A stretch of DNA of 64,000 nt from Oopsacas minuta (lineage: Eukaryota > Animalia > Porifera). Shown here one piece after another: positions 23,963 to 34,403 of this stretch. Below the pieces are notes generated by a model that was not told where the DNA came from, made no database searches, and was given only the letters and a program-made list of their open reading frames with translations. The DNA lies in contig JAKMXF010000255.1 in assembly GCA_024704765.1 (NCBI GenBank), positions 310,001-374,000 on the forward strand, given 5' to 3'. The position numbers and the translations under genes are program-made. Position 1 is the first letter of the stretch; each line of letters starts with the position of its first letter.

Positions 23963-25108
23963 TTAGAATATTTGTAGTGAATAGAACACTTTCTGATCAC
24001 ACACAACAACTCTATTACCAGTGCTAATAGCTACTCCAGTAGGTTCAGACAGTGTACCAGGTAGTGAAGTAGTACAGCACATTACACCTATATCATGTAG
24101 ATATTGTCCTTCCTCTGAAAACACTTTAATCTTACTCTCAGCTCCATCAGATATCAAGAAATACTTACTACTCCAATCCATACAGAAACAGTTACCTCGT
24201 ACAATATTTGATTGCTCTACAAGGCCTTTAATAAGCTCACCGGTCATGCTAAACATCTGTAGATGATAAGTACTGTTTTGGAATAAACAACATATTTGTT
24301 CTTTTAATATTTTGATATCATTAATCCTTGTATTATGGGTAAAATATCTTGAATGTAGCACAATCTTCTTTTCTAACACTAGCCCTTTTGTATATACACA
24401 AATAGATCTTGTTTCAAACTCACATCCATACACACGATTACTATTATCATCCACAGTGACACCTGTCATAAAATCTGACAGATTGACACAAGCTAATACC
24501 AATCCAGTTATCTTGTCAATTTTAAGCAAAGTATGGCTGCTACAAGCTACATACAGATTCATGTCATCTAAACATAGACTCCACGGACCACACAAATCAG
24601 TATTCCGAATAGTTTTCAACAAATCACAGTTTATATCGAGTACTACAATACTATCTGCTCCGTGATTAGCTAGGTATATTTCCTGTGTTATTCTGTCCAC
24701 AGCGAGACCACGAGGTTCTGAAAATCTCACGGAATCTTGGTTTACTCCAGTTCTCAAAGGGAACTTCTTGTGAATGAAAGGAGAATACACAGATTCTAAT
24801 TTACAAATTTTGTAAAGCTTAGCTCTCCATTCATCAATATTCCACGATATTTTAAACTCAGGAATTATATGCGGATGTGTTTTAACCCCGTTATGTAGTT
24901 TATACTCTTTAGGACTGTACTTATCCAGAATTATATTCAAATCTTTGATAAGCTCTTCTTCTTTGTAATCAAGATCATCACGTAGTTGTTTAAATTTCTC
25001 CCTAACCTCAAGTTTACGTTCCTCTATAATAAATCTTAAGGAGGAATAGGGGTCCTCTCCAAAAGACACTGTCTTACTAAATCTCCGTGAACGATGCAAT
25101 AAAGTCAT
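23963..25108 (-). CDS. Coiled-coil plus NHL/beta-propeller repeat protein, intronless
   Basis: N-terminal heptads (VREKFKQLRDDLDYKEEELIKDL) and NHL-like repeats (FSEPRGLAVD, LSEPTGVAISTGNRVVVCD). Confidence 0.75.
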   Translation of the reverse strand: MTLLHRSRRFSKTVSFGEDPYSSLRFIIEERKLEVREKFKQLRDDLDYKEEELIKDLNIILDKYSPKEYKLHNGVKTHPHIIPEFKISWNIDEWRAKLYKICKLESVYSPFIHKKFPLRTGVNQDSVRFSEPRGLAVDRITQEIYLANHGADSIVVLDINCDLLKTIRNTDLCGPWSLCLDDMNLYVACSSHTLLKIDKITGLVLACVNLSDFMTGVTVDDNSNRVYGCEFETRSICVYTKGLVLEKKIVLHSRYFTHNTRINDIKILKEQICCLFQNSTYHLQMFSMTGELIKGLVEQSNIVRGNCFCMDWSSKYFLISDGAESKIKVFSEEGQYLHDIGVMCCTTSLPGTLSEPTGVAISTGNRVVVCDQKVFYSLQIF

Positions 25109-25712
25109 TAAAATTCTGATTATACATCAAACGAATTCTATTACTTATACTCAACCATGTGGATAATTGCGTTGCAAATCAACCTCGAAATAGAATTGCT
25201 AATGCATAAATACTGAGTGGTGAATGTGGTATACCTACTAATGGAGTTGCACAATTAGCTTTTAGGTTGTGATAGAGAGTGTGTTGTTGATTTAGAAAAT
25301 GGCACAGCTAGTTCGGTTTAATAAAATATTTGTATTATTGTAAATTTGTTATGGTAGATATGGTCTTAGTTGCAGAGTTTGAATACTAGTCTGTCAGCAT
25401 TTTGAAATATCGAAATTAGATGTTGCATATTAGTTAGTAATTGAATTGCCAACTACTAAATAACCAACAGATTATTCACACATATTTTGCTAAGACAGCA
25501 ATTTCTGTATAGTAAACGCAACTCCATACTCTTTACACATTTTAATCCGTGGACACATATTTGTATGATTAGACACAAATACGTATTATATTTTACATAT
25601 TATGAATTAATTAAGTGGAAAGTAGAAATCGTTGGTATAACCGACATTCTGCATATGAATCTATCAATTTTTATTAATTTGAAATCTAATATAATATGAC
25701 ATAGAATGTGAA

Positions 25713-27122
25713 CTAATGGTTGCAGGACTTGTAAAATCTAGGGAAAGGAATAGTATCTCGAATATCCATTCCTGTCATAGCTTGTAACAACCTTTCAAAA
25801 CCCAATCCAAATCCTCCCATAGGAACACCCCCATATCTCCTCACATCTAAGTACCAATCAAGAGATGATTCAGAGGAAGGAGAAGTGTTAAATTTCGCAG
25901 ACATAGCACCCTCCAGTCTCCTCACCCTATGCTCTCTCAAACTACCCCCTGCTAATTCACCTAGTCCAGGCCATAGCAAGTCAAAGCAGGATACAGTTTT
26001 TCTATTGTCATTGCTGACGTCATCTTGTAACATATAGAACGGTTTCAAACCAGCTGGGTAGTTAGTTACGAATATGGGGCAATTGAAATGTGATGTTAGA
26101 GCATGTTCTGCCTCGGAGTGTAGATCATCTCCCCATTTAATATCTATATTTAAACTATCCAGCAGGTCTAATGTATCTGAATATGATATTGCTATGAATG
26201 GATTCTGTAATATTCTTTTCAACTGCTCTCTCTTCTCTCTGTCCAGACAATTTCCTTCTGTAAATAATTGTTGTAATGAATCCCATTTATTCAATACTAT
26301 GTTTATAACATATTTGCATAACTCCTCAGTAACCATGGTAACATCCTGTATGGTATCACAAAACGCTACCTCAGCCTCCACCATGTAGAACTCTGCAAGG
26401 TGTCTACGCGTGTGTGACTTATCTGCTCGGAAAGTTGGGCCGAAACTGTAAACTTTAGAATTACCACATGCAATAGCCTCAAGATGGAATTGTCCAGACA
26501 CAGTCAAATGCTTCACTTCTCTGAAGAAACTATCTTCACTATTAGCCTGAGATACCCTGAAGAGATCTCCTGCTCCTTCACAATCCATAGAAGTTATTAT
26601 AGGAGGATGTGTTAGTAGAAATCTGTTCTTCTGGAAGTAAGTATGTATAGCATAGCTAGTTTCACTACGTAGAGTATTCATAGAGCGAAATAAATCAGTT
26701 CTTCCTCTCAAGTGTAGATATTTCCTCAAATAATCATTAGAGTATATAGTAGCGTGACGTAGGGGGTAGGTATCTTGTGAACATTTTCCGATTAGTTTTA
26801 TTTCTTTTGGGTGGATATCTCTCTTATTTGTCTTGCCAATTGTATTTGAATGTGTTCCAATTACTTGTATTGAAGAGCCAGGCGTTATATTTCGCAAATC
26901 TTCTGGCGTAAACCCATTTTTAGGGACAACAACTTGAAATATTTGTGGAGTAAGACTATCAACAAGATCAATGAAGACAAAAGATTTCAGTTTCCGAATA
27001 TTCTTCACCCACCCTTGATATTTTGATAAGTTATCTCCAGAATTGAACCTCAAATAATAAACACCCTTTTTCGTTGCACTGTAAAACACAAATTTTCTTA
27101 GCTTTAAAATTGAATTAAACAT
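25713..27122 (-). CDS. NARS2: Mitochondrial asparaginyl-tRNA synthetase, intronless
   Basis: OB fold QGWVKNIRK, LTVSGQFHLE, motif 2 FRADKSHTRRHLAEFYMVEAE, motif 3 GGFGLGFERLL; basic N-terminal presequence. Confidence 0.93.
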   Translation of the reverse strand: MFNSILKLRKFVFYSATKKGVYYLRFNSGDNLSKYQGWVKNIRKLKSFVFIDLVDSLTPQIFQVVVPKNGFTPEDLRNITPGSSIQVIGTHSNTIGKTNKRDIHPKEIKLIGKCSQDTYPLRHATIYSNDYLRKYLHLRGRTDLFRSMNTLRSETSYAIHTYFQKNRFLLTHPPIITSMDCEGAGDLFRVSQANSEDSFFREVKHLTVSGQFHLEAIACGNSKVYSFGPTFRADKSHTRRHLAEFYMVEAEVAFCDTIQDVTMVTEELCKYVINIVLNKWDSLQQLFTEGNCLDREKREQLKRILQNPFIAISYSDTLDLLDSLNIDIKWGDDLHSEAEHALTSHFNCPIFVTNYPAGLKPFYMLQDDVSNDNRKTVSCFDLLWPGLGELAGGSLREHRVRRLEGAMSAKFNTSPSSESSLDWYLDVRRYGGVPMGGFGLGFERLLQAMTGMDIRDTIPFPRFYKSCNH

Positions 27123-27594
27123 CACTTATTCACGAATTGTATAAATTAGCGCATGACTACAATTTGTTGCGTATCAACAAATAGAAAGGGTGAATTACAA
27201 TATCCTGGGGTTAGAAAATGTTCAAGTGGCCTAGGGATATTTGCTAAAATATTGAATCAATGTTTCTGTATTATTTCGAAGTTTGAATCTGCTAGATAAA
27301 CTCACTGTAGATATCCAGATTCTAGAAGAATTAACATTTGAGTTTATCTTTACAATATCTCTGAGAGCCTTGTAGATGGTAGAGTCAACAACATTATCAA
27401 ATGCCATAAAAATATAACACAACCAAGAAATGACTTTCAAAACTAAACCTTGAGTGATTTAATATAATTTACATTGTATTTATTAGAAAATTAACTGTTC
27501 ATAAGATCTCAAATAAGAAATAATTTACCGCAAATTTAACACTAATCAAGCAAATTGATTAAATCTACATAATCAGGATAAAACTAAGCTAGAG

Positions 27595-27595
<1 letters not shown>

Positions 27596-27636
<41 letters not shown>

Positions 27637-27637
27637 G
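27596..27637. repeat. (TTG)14 microsatellite just downstream of the POLD1 stop codon
   Basis: Perfect trinucleotide run. Confidence 0.95.
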
Positions 27638-27645
27638 AGAATATT

Positions 27646-30600
27646 CTACCAATCAACTTGCTGTTCAAACCGACCAATAATTCTACTCTTCTCTTCCAGA
27701 TCTTTAATAACTTTAGTCCGCATATAAAATATAGTACAATCTCGATTAGTACAGATAACCTCTTCATGTAGGCTCTCTTGACAAGTTTGACACTGTGTCC
27801 AGAGGCGAGAGAACTTCTCTTCAAAATTACGTAGTTGTTCCACTTCTCTCTGATATAACTCAGAGATACGCTCTATACAATGCGAACAAACTGCTTCATT
27901 GCCCTTCAGTACAGATTTACATCCAATACAAGTCTCACTACGTTTTGCAAACATTGTCAAACCGCCAGCCTAAACGTTCGTAATACAGTTAGGATCGTTA
28001 TTGTAAACATTCTAAGATTATGAACCAAATCGATGTCCAAAATAAATTATTCCAATAGGATTCGTAATAATTAAATTTCTTGGTCTAGTGGGAATTTACA
28101 ATATGCGACCCTGACTGTAGTCCAAATAACTTAAATAGAATATGCAAAATACAAATCTAGAAAACATACCTTCGACGAGACAATAGTACGAGAGAGAGTG
28201 TGATCTCCATGGAATAATTCCCTCTCAGCCTTGTCTCCCATTATCGGCTCAAATATCCTCAGAAGCGGTTTACTAAGCTGTTGCTCTAGGTAGTACTTAA
28301 CATCAATAGGAATATTATTCTCCAGCACATAGATAGGATCTTCAGCCTTTTCATAAGCAGCCTGTTTCTTAGTACCAGCTATTATAACATAGGGTACACG
28401 ATCTCCTAGAGAAGGTGCAGATCCTGCATCTCTCTCCTTCATACGACCAGCCAGCACAACATGTGCTTGTCTAGCAGAATAATCCTTATCACTCTTAGTT
28501 AATTCTTTAGTTATAACTAGCTGGGATATATCGACACGATTACACATGAGATCTGATATCGTTCGTTTAACATACTCTATAGCATCACCTGGATCTCTCT
28601 CTATCAATATCTTCTTTAGACACGTGTTTATAAGGTTAGCTACTAGTGTACAGTTATCTCTACGAACTGTTTCAATACCTTTACAGTCCATTTTATCGTA
28701 TTTATCTGGTTGTGTATAGTAGAGACCAGCGTAACGCTTCTTATTAATAAGTAAGTAAGGGAAATATACCTAAAGAGTAATTGTCATTTATTCAGTGTAC
28801 AGTACAGCACTTTTACCCAATTAACCGAAAATATACACAAAACTCCCATTCTAACGAAATTCCCGAAACAAAATTATTAAACCTAATTCAATATCATATT
28901 TTCAAGACAGTTGAATTACCTTTTCAAACTCTAACTTTATAGGATGTGGGAAATTAGCAGTAACCAGCTCAGCTGCCTTTTTACCAAGATCAATAGACTC
29001 CTTAACAGTAGCAACATGGAACAGCACCATAACAGAATCTGTATCTCCATATATGACGTCAGCATTATGCGCATACCCATTAACAATTGAGAATTTCTCT
29101 TCTACATAGTCCTTTACTTGTCCTATCATTTCTCTTCCGTAAGCAGTAACACTACCACTTATCTCAATACAAGGTAGCTTACCTATACTAGCTCCTGTGA
29201 ATCCGTACACTGAATTAGCGCTCATCTTCAGGGCTAGTTGTCTACCGTCTAATACCTAGAAGATAGATTAAGTTATTTATTATAGTGAACTCCCGTTATG
29301 TCGAAGTTTAAGGGACCATATTTGTACAATTTAAGACATAGATATAAGCGGGTATTTTGAGATAACGGGAGTTAACTCTATTATACAGTCTACTCCGAAA
29401 ATTGAGACCAATATGGATTCAGACTGTATTAACCTTTTTCTTAAAAGGATCTTGTTCCATCTTCAAATCAGCTTTTGCTTTCCTCCTCGCCTTAAGTAAT
29501 TCCTCCAATATCACAGGCAGTAATCCCTTCCTCACATCAGCTTTAACAAAATAATTACCAGAAGGAGTTCTAATGTACTGTTCAGGCTGTAATTCGCTTC
29601 TATCTCCTGGTCCTAATAGAGATGTATAACACAGATTATGAGCCATCATAATGCTAGGATATAGAGATGAGAAATCCAGCACACTGACTGGATCTTTATA
29701 GAAAGCACGACGAGGCTCTATAACAGTAGCTCCAGCATACTCCTCTTCTCCATGTATTTTACGTGCAGGCATTAGTAGCTCTTGTTCTCTAGCCTTGCGT
29801 AACAGCTGAGATATTACCTGTGATATTATGGAATTCAGTTGGCTGTACGCACTGTTGTATCAAGTTATTCTCTATTCGTATATCTAACCTTAATCTGCTG
29901 GCCTCGAGTAGACAGATATGAAATAGGTACTCCAGTAACTCGAGCCATCTCAATATAGTTAATAAGACACATAAGCTTATCCAGTAGTCTAAGAGGGAGC
30001 ACTGCATCCCTAAGACAGTATATAGCCAGTCTTCTACGCGTTAGCTTATCTCCTTCCTGTAGCTCTGTTATCTTACTGTGATGAACATCCTCCTTCTGTT
30101 GACCCAGGAACAGATAACTCACGGAGTTGAGTGAGTAGGAACGTAATTTCTGATCTCGGAACAATATCTATACAGGTTGTAATCAAGTTATGATAGAGTT
30201 CAGTTCTAACCATATATGTTACCTTACAAATAAATGACCTACAATTCCCGCACCAAAAACGAGATTTTAGCACCTTTTTGACGTCATAAAATTACACCAT
30301 TTCCAGGCCGTATTCGGTTAAACAATTCTTATAATTATAAGCCCACTTCAATGTTATTCACTGGAAGTTACTTTGGTTAAGAGTTACAATTGATACGGAT
30401 ATGGATGACGTAATACAGCCCTGTATTAACGAGAGGTCAATACTGCTTAAATAACCATATTTAGCTATCTACGCACCTGTAACACATCAAACTGTACTCT
30501 TCCAGCCATTTTAGTACTCTTATTCTCTCTCTTACCATAAGCTTTAGACTGAAAAGTAGTATTAGACATAGTAGTCTTCTCATGAGTTCTACCCAGATAA

Positions 30601-33600
30601 GGGAATGAAATAAGGTTCAAAGCAGCAGCTCTGTTCATGAGGTAAGGAATATCAAAGTTAATAATATTGTAGCCAGTTAGGATATCAGGATCTGTTTCTC
30701 GTATCAGAGAAGACCAGTCTTTCAGCATCTCTGATTCATGTTCATAGCAAAGAATCTGGGTACATGGAATGTGTACAGATTAATAAGATGATAATGGGTG
30801 TAATAAATTATAAGAAATTCAAATAACATTAAATTTTAACATATTTATTCCTGTTTACGAACAGGCAAAACTTATTGTAATCTAACCTCAGCACCAGGGA
30901 TAGAAGCAGTTTCCTTGAGTGTGAATACGACTTTAAATAAGTAATCAGGCTGTCCTTGTATCTGCATAACATTAGCAATCTGTATGACTCTATCTTTATC
31001 AGCTTCTGGGAATATTCCTTTCCTGGCAGCACATTCAATATCAAAACTCAAAATCCTAAGAGGGCCTATAGCTTGCCATTCTTCCTCAGGAGCAAAACAA
31101 ACTAGATTATTATATTTCACATCAAGCTCTATCTGACAACGAGAAGACCTGTCTCTACGTACTTCATACTCACCACCCTTTAAAGATACCCAACCACACC
31201 CTACTAGTCCTGTGTCTACCATGAAGCGAACTACGAACTCTATGTTACTCTCATATGTGCTATATCTGTAACGAATAATTACTAATTACTGTGATTTATA
31301 AGTCACTAATATACAGGAAAATCCCAGGCTTCGATATAAAAGGGAGTTAACTGTATTGTGAATATGGATTAAAGTTAATTATAACCAATGAAGTTATACT
31401 ATTAATAGCTTACTGTTTCTGAGGATAATCTCCAAATTTAAAGTCTCCCTCTTCCAGTATCCTCCTGACAGTAGGCACTAGTCTAGGAGATGCTACTGTT
31501 ATACGAAAGAAAGGTCTCTTCCCTTTGCTATAGAAATACATAGACTGTTTTTCTTCAATAGCTACATCCAGGACACATAGTGTAAAGTTTTTAGCTGTAT
31601 TCTCTGATTTCAAAGCTTTATTCAAATCCTGTTTAAATTCCTCACATGCAACTACCTATAAGAATTAGACAATGGATGCGGGTTTTATGCACCATCAAAC
31701 TGTTCTTACATATTCCTGTATATTTTATAACAGTTATAAGAACATGTGTTCCAACTCCAAAGGGTGCTCTTATAACCAGCATCCACTGTATTCGGGAAAT
31801 AATGTAACGAAATAATAATGAAGTAAGACATGATTGTATAGAAATTGATAATCATATTAAGGAAGACAAGACAATAGTTCAGTGACGAGATTTATGCTTC
31901 CTATTAGACTTGCTGTAAGGAGATCTAGACCTGCTTCTATAAGATTTAGAATTATCAGTCTGTTTTCTTGACCTAGAAGATGAGGTTTCACTTCTCCTGT
32001 GGTGTCTACTGCTCTTAGATTTGTGTTTAGATCTCCTGGATGAGTGTCGATCAGCTGGTGAGCTACTATGTGAAGATTTACGCGCCCTCTGTCCATTTAT
32101 TGACGATACCTTTCTCTCATCTCTAAGTTCATCTTCATGAAGTGAAGACTCAGTAGAAGATTCATAGCTAACCATTGGTTTAGCTCTAGACTGTCTAACC
32201 TCAGCAAGAGCATTAGAACATACATTCTCTATCTCTGCTGACGTCATTTCTAATAAGAATTCTGTTACAGACATCTGCAGTACTTCAAGTAAGAACTTAT
32301 CACGTGAATCCTCACTTGTGAAAAACCGCACTTTATCAGTTGTATTTTGGGGTATAGTAGGCCCAATCATTTCTGTACCATCATAAGATTCCTTCCAGGG
32401 TTTCCCTGCTCGTGCATTTTTCTCCATAGTTTCTTTCTCGATTTGTTTCTGTCTGTTTCTTTCAAGTTTTTTGAGATCATCTCTTAACCAAGCAGGTATA
32501 ACACGTCTGCTAGCTGCCCAGTCCTCTTCCCCTTGCGTGTAGTCAGCAGCAGGAGCAGGACTGTACTCAGTGGAAGGGAAGTAAGAGGCTGCTGGAGGCT
32601 GTGAGGAGGTGTGGTAGCGAACAGGGGGAGGGAATCCGTGTCCGTAATCAAATGACTGAGGAGGTTGTTCCTCAGGAGCAGGAAGAGGTACAGGGGGAGC
32701 TTGCTGTGTAAGAGCAGGAGAGGTATCACTCCATTGAGGGAGACGTGACACTTGTTCAGAGGGATTATTAGCATACACGTGATTAGGATCATACACTCTC
32801 CTGGTTAGAAGAGAATCTTCCTCACTCACTCTCTTCCTACGATTGTTTGAGTTATAATTATCAGAGTCACTATCACTGTCATCTCCCAGTAGACGTTTGG
32901 CAGCTAGCTCTATCTCCTTGTTATCAAGTTGAAGGGGAGGAGATGTCCTCTCTTCTGACCTGTCTCTTCCGTAGGGCTGCTGGTAGTGATGTCTGGGTAC
33001 ATATCTGTAAGTATACTCGTGAGGAGGTGGAGGGGAGGGGGGAGGTTCTGAAGGAGGACTGTACTCATGAGGAGGTTCCTCTATATGCTCCCAGTGTGAC
33101 TGCTGAGGGAGGTGAGGGGGATGATGATACTCGTCAGGAGATTCAAATTGTCCTGTCTGAGGGTTAGATTGTGTGTGTGAGTCTTGAAATGGAGGGTGTT
33201 GATGTTGTGGATGTGGTGGTTGTCTGTGATCATGTGAATAATTACTATAAGGGACAGGAGAGTACTGACGATAGTGGGGGTCCTGGTTATTCGGGGGGTA
33301 GTTAGGAGGGGGAGGGGGCCGCATGTACTCTGTCTGAGCTCCAGGAGGACCTGGAGGAGGAGGAGGGGATATCGTCTCCCCAGGAGGTCCAGTAGGGTAA
33401 GGAGGCTGTTGAGGGTATACTGTATTATGTACACGGCGTTGTTGAGCCCATTGCTGAGCTCTCATCCTCCAGGAATCAGCTGATTGATCATGAGGAGGCT
33501 GTGGAACTACAAGGTTCTGATTTTGTGGAGGCATTCCATGGGGTAACATTGGTTGTTGCCACATATGTGTTCGCTAGTAGTGAAATGTATGTATTGTGTA

Positions 33601-34093
33601 AAGCACTGTATGAATATAAATTGATAAATAGATTAGTACTCTGTAATATGTAATTAACCTGATTAGCAACTGATATAGGAGGACAGTCTGAATACAAGTA
33701 TGGCATAAAACCATGGACATGAGTCATAACACTATTTCCTTCCTTCGTAATACCAAACAGACGTATGTGAGGTGCTTCATTCGGATCTGACCCTCTTGCC
33801 ATAGTCGCATGAGGTTTTCCTGAACTAACATCAATCTCAATTTGCTGGAATATGAAATCATCCTCTAGACAAAACTCTAGACAAACTTTTCTCTTCCAAT
33901 CATTAGGAAAACTAGCATCTTCTTGTATTTGCAATAAAGGTAGTGTAGATGATGGTATCTCCTCCTCATTTTCAATATCATCAAAATATTCTTCTATCTC
34001 ATCATCATCGTCATCATCTGCTGCTTTAGTGCGCTTTATGTTACTGCTGTTTATCTCAGGGGCTCCTCGCTTAGAGGCACCTCTCGAGGACAT
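27646..34093 (-). CDS. POLD1: DNA polymerase delta catalytic subunit; exons 34093-33659, 31655-31414, 31265-30887, 30755-30477, 30167-29889, 29817-29434, 29255-28920, 28769-28171, 27969-27646
   Basis: [14 protein letters not shown] (ExoI), [46 protein letters not shown]-terminal CysA/CysB clusters. Confidence 0.97.
29281..29380. mobile_element. MITE family A (internally deleted), POLD1 intron 6
   Basis: TAGTGAACTCCCGTTAT ... ATAACGGGAGTTAACTCTA. Confidence 0.75.
31879..33564 (-). CDS. PNISR: PNN-interacting Ser/Arg-rich protein-like, intronless, nested on the same strand in POLD1 intron 1
   Basis: [18 protein letters not shown]-terminus, [35 protein letters not shown] and an RS-rich tail resemble PNISR/SFRS18 as I recall it. 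Confidence 0.8.
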   Translation of the reverse strand: MWQQPMLPHGMPPQNQNLVVPQPPHDQSADSWRMRAQQWAQQRRVHNTVYPQQPPYPTGPPGETISPPPPPGPPGAQTEYMRPPPPPNYPPNNQDPHYRQYSPVPYSNYSHDHRQPPHPQHQHPPFQDSHTQSNPQTGQFESPDEYHHPPHLPQQSHWEHIEEPPHEYSPPSEPPPSPPPPHEYTYRYVPRHHYQQPYGRDRSEERTSPPLQLDNKEIELAAKRLLGDDSDSDSDNYNSNNRRKRVSEEDSLLTRRVYDPNHVYANNPSEQVSRLPQWSDTSPALTQQAPPVPLPAPEEQPPQSFDYGHGFPPPVRYHTSSQPPAASYFPSTEYSPAPAADYTQGEEDWAASRRVIPAWLRDDLKKLERNRQKQIEKETMEKNARAGKPWKESYDGTEMIGPTIPQNTTDKVRFFTSEDSRDKFLLEVLQMSVTEFLLEMTSAEIENVCSNALAEVRQSRAKPMVSYESSTESSLHEDELRDERKVSSINGQRARKSSHSSSPADRHSSRRSKHKSKSSRHHRRSETSSSRSRKQTDNSKSYRSRSRSPYSKSNRKHKSRH

Positions 34094-34403
34094 TATAACT
34101 ACAAAGTTATAAGCACAGATATATACACACACAAAAACAAAAAATTAGAAACCAAACATTTTACACATTATTTGCAAGAAAAATTTGTTATAAATATCCG
34201 GTTTCTACTGTATGATGTTGTTGGGTAGTCGACCTGCAATTTATGGGGAGTTGGAGCAGTGGCGGTCCTGGGTATGCCAAATCTTTGGACCGCCCCCTTG
34301 GCGTTAAGACCGATGAAATAAATAGAATTATCACAATATATAACTAGTACGTCATCAAACAATTATCAAACTAAAAACTAATTCAACACTATATCTATAC
34401 ATG

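Noticed and set aside
1-34093. Functional DNA-metabolism cluster (RRM2, PNKP, POLD1)
   Set aside because: The genes are interspersed with unrelated genes and RRM2 is on the opposite strand, so co-location is likely to be chance.
33488-34132. 214-aa ORF as a standalone gene
   Set aside because: It is POLD1 exon 1 read through its GT donor into the intron.
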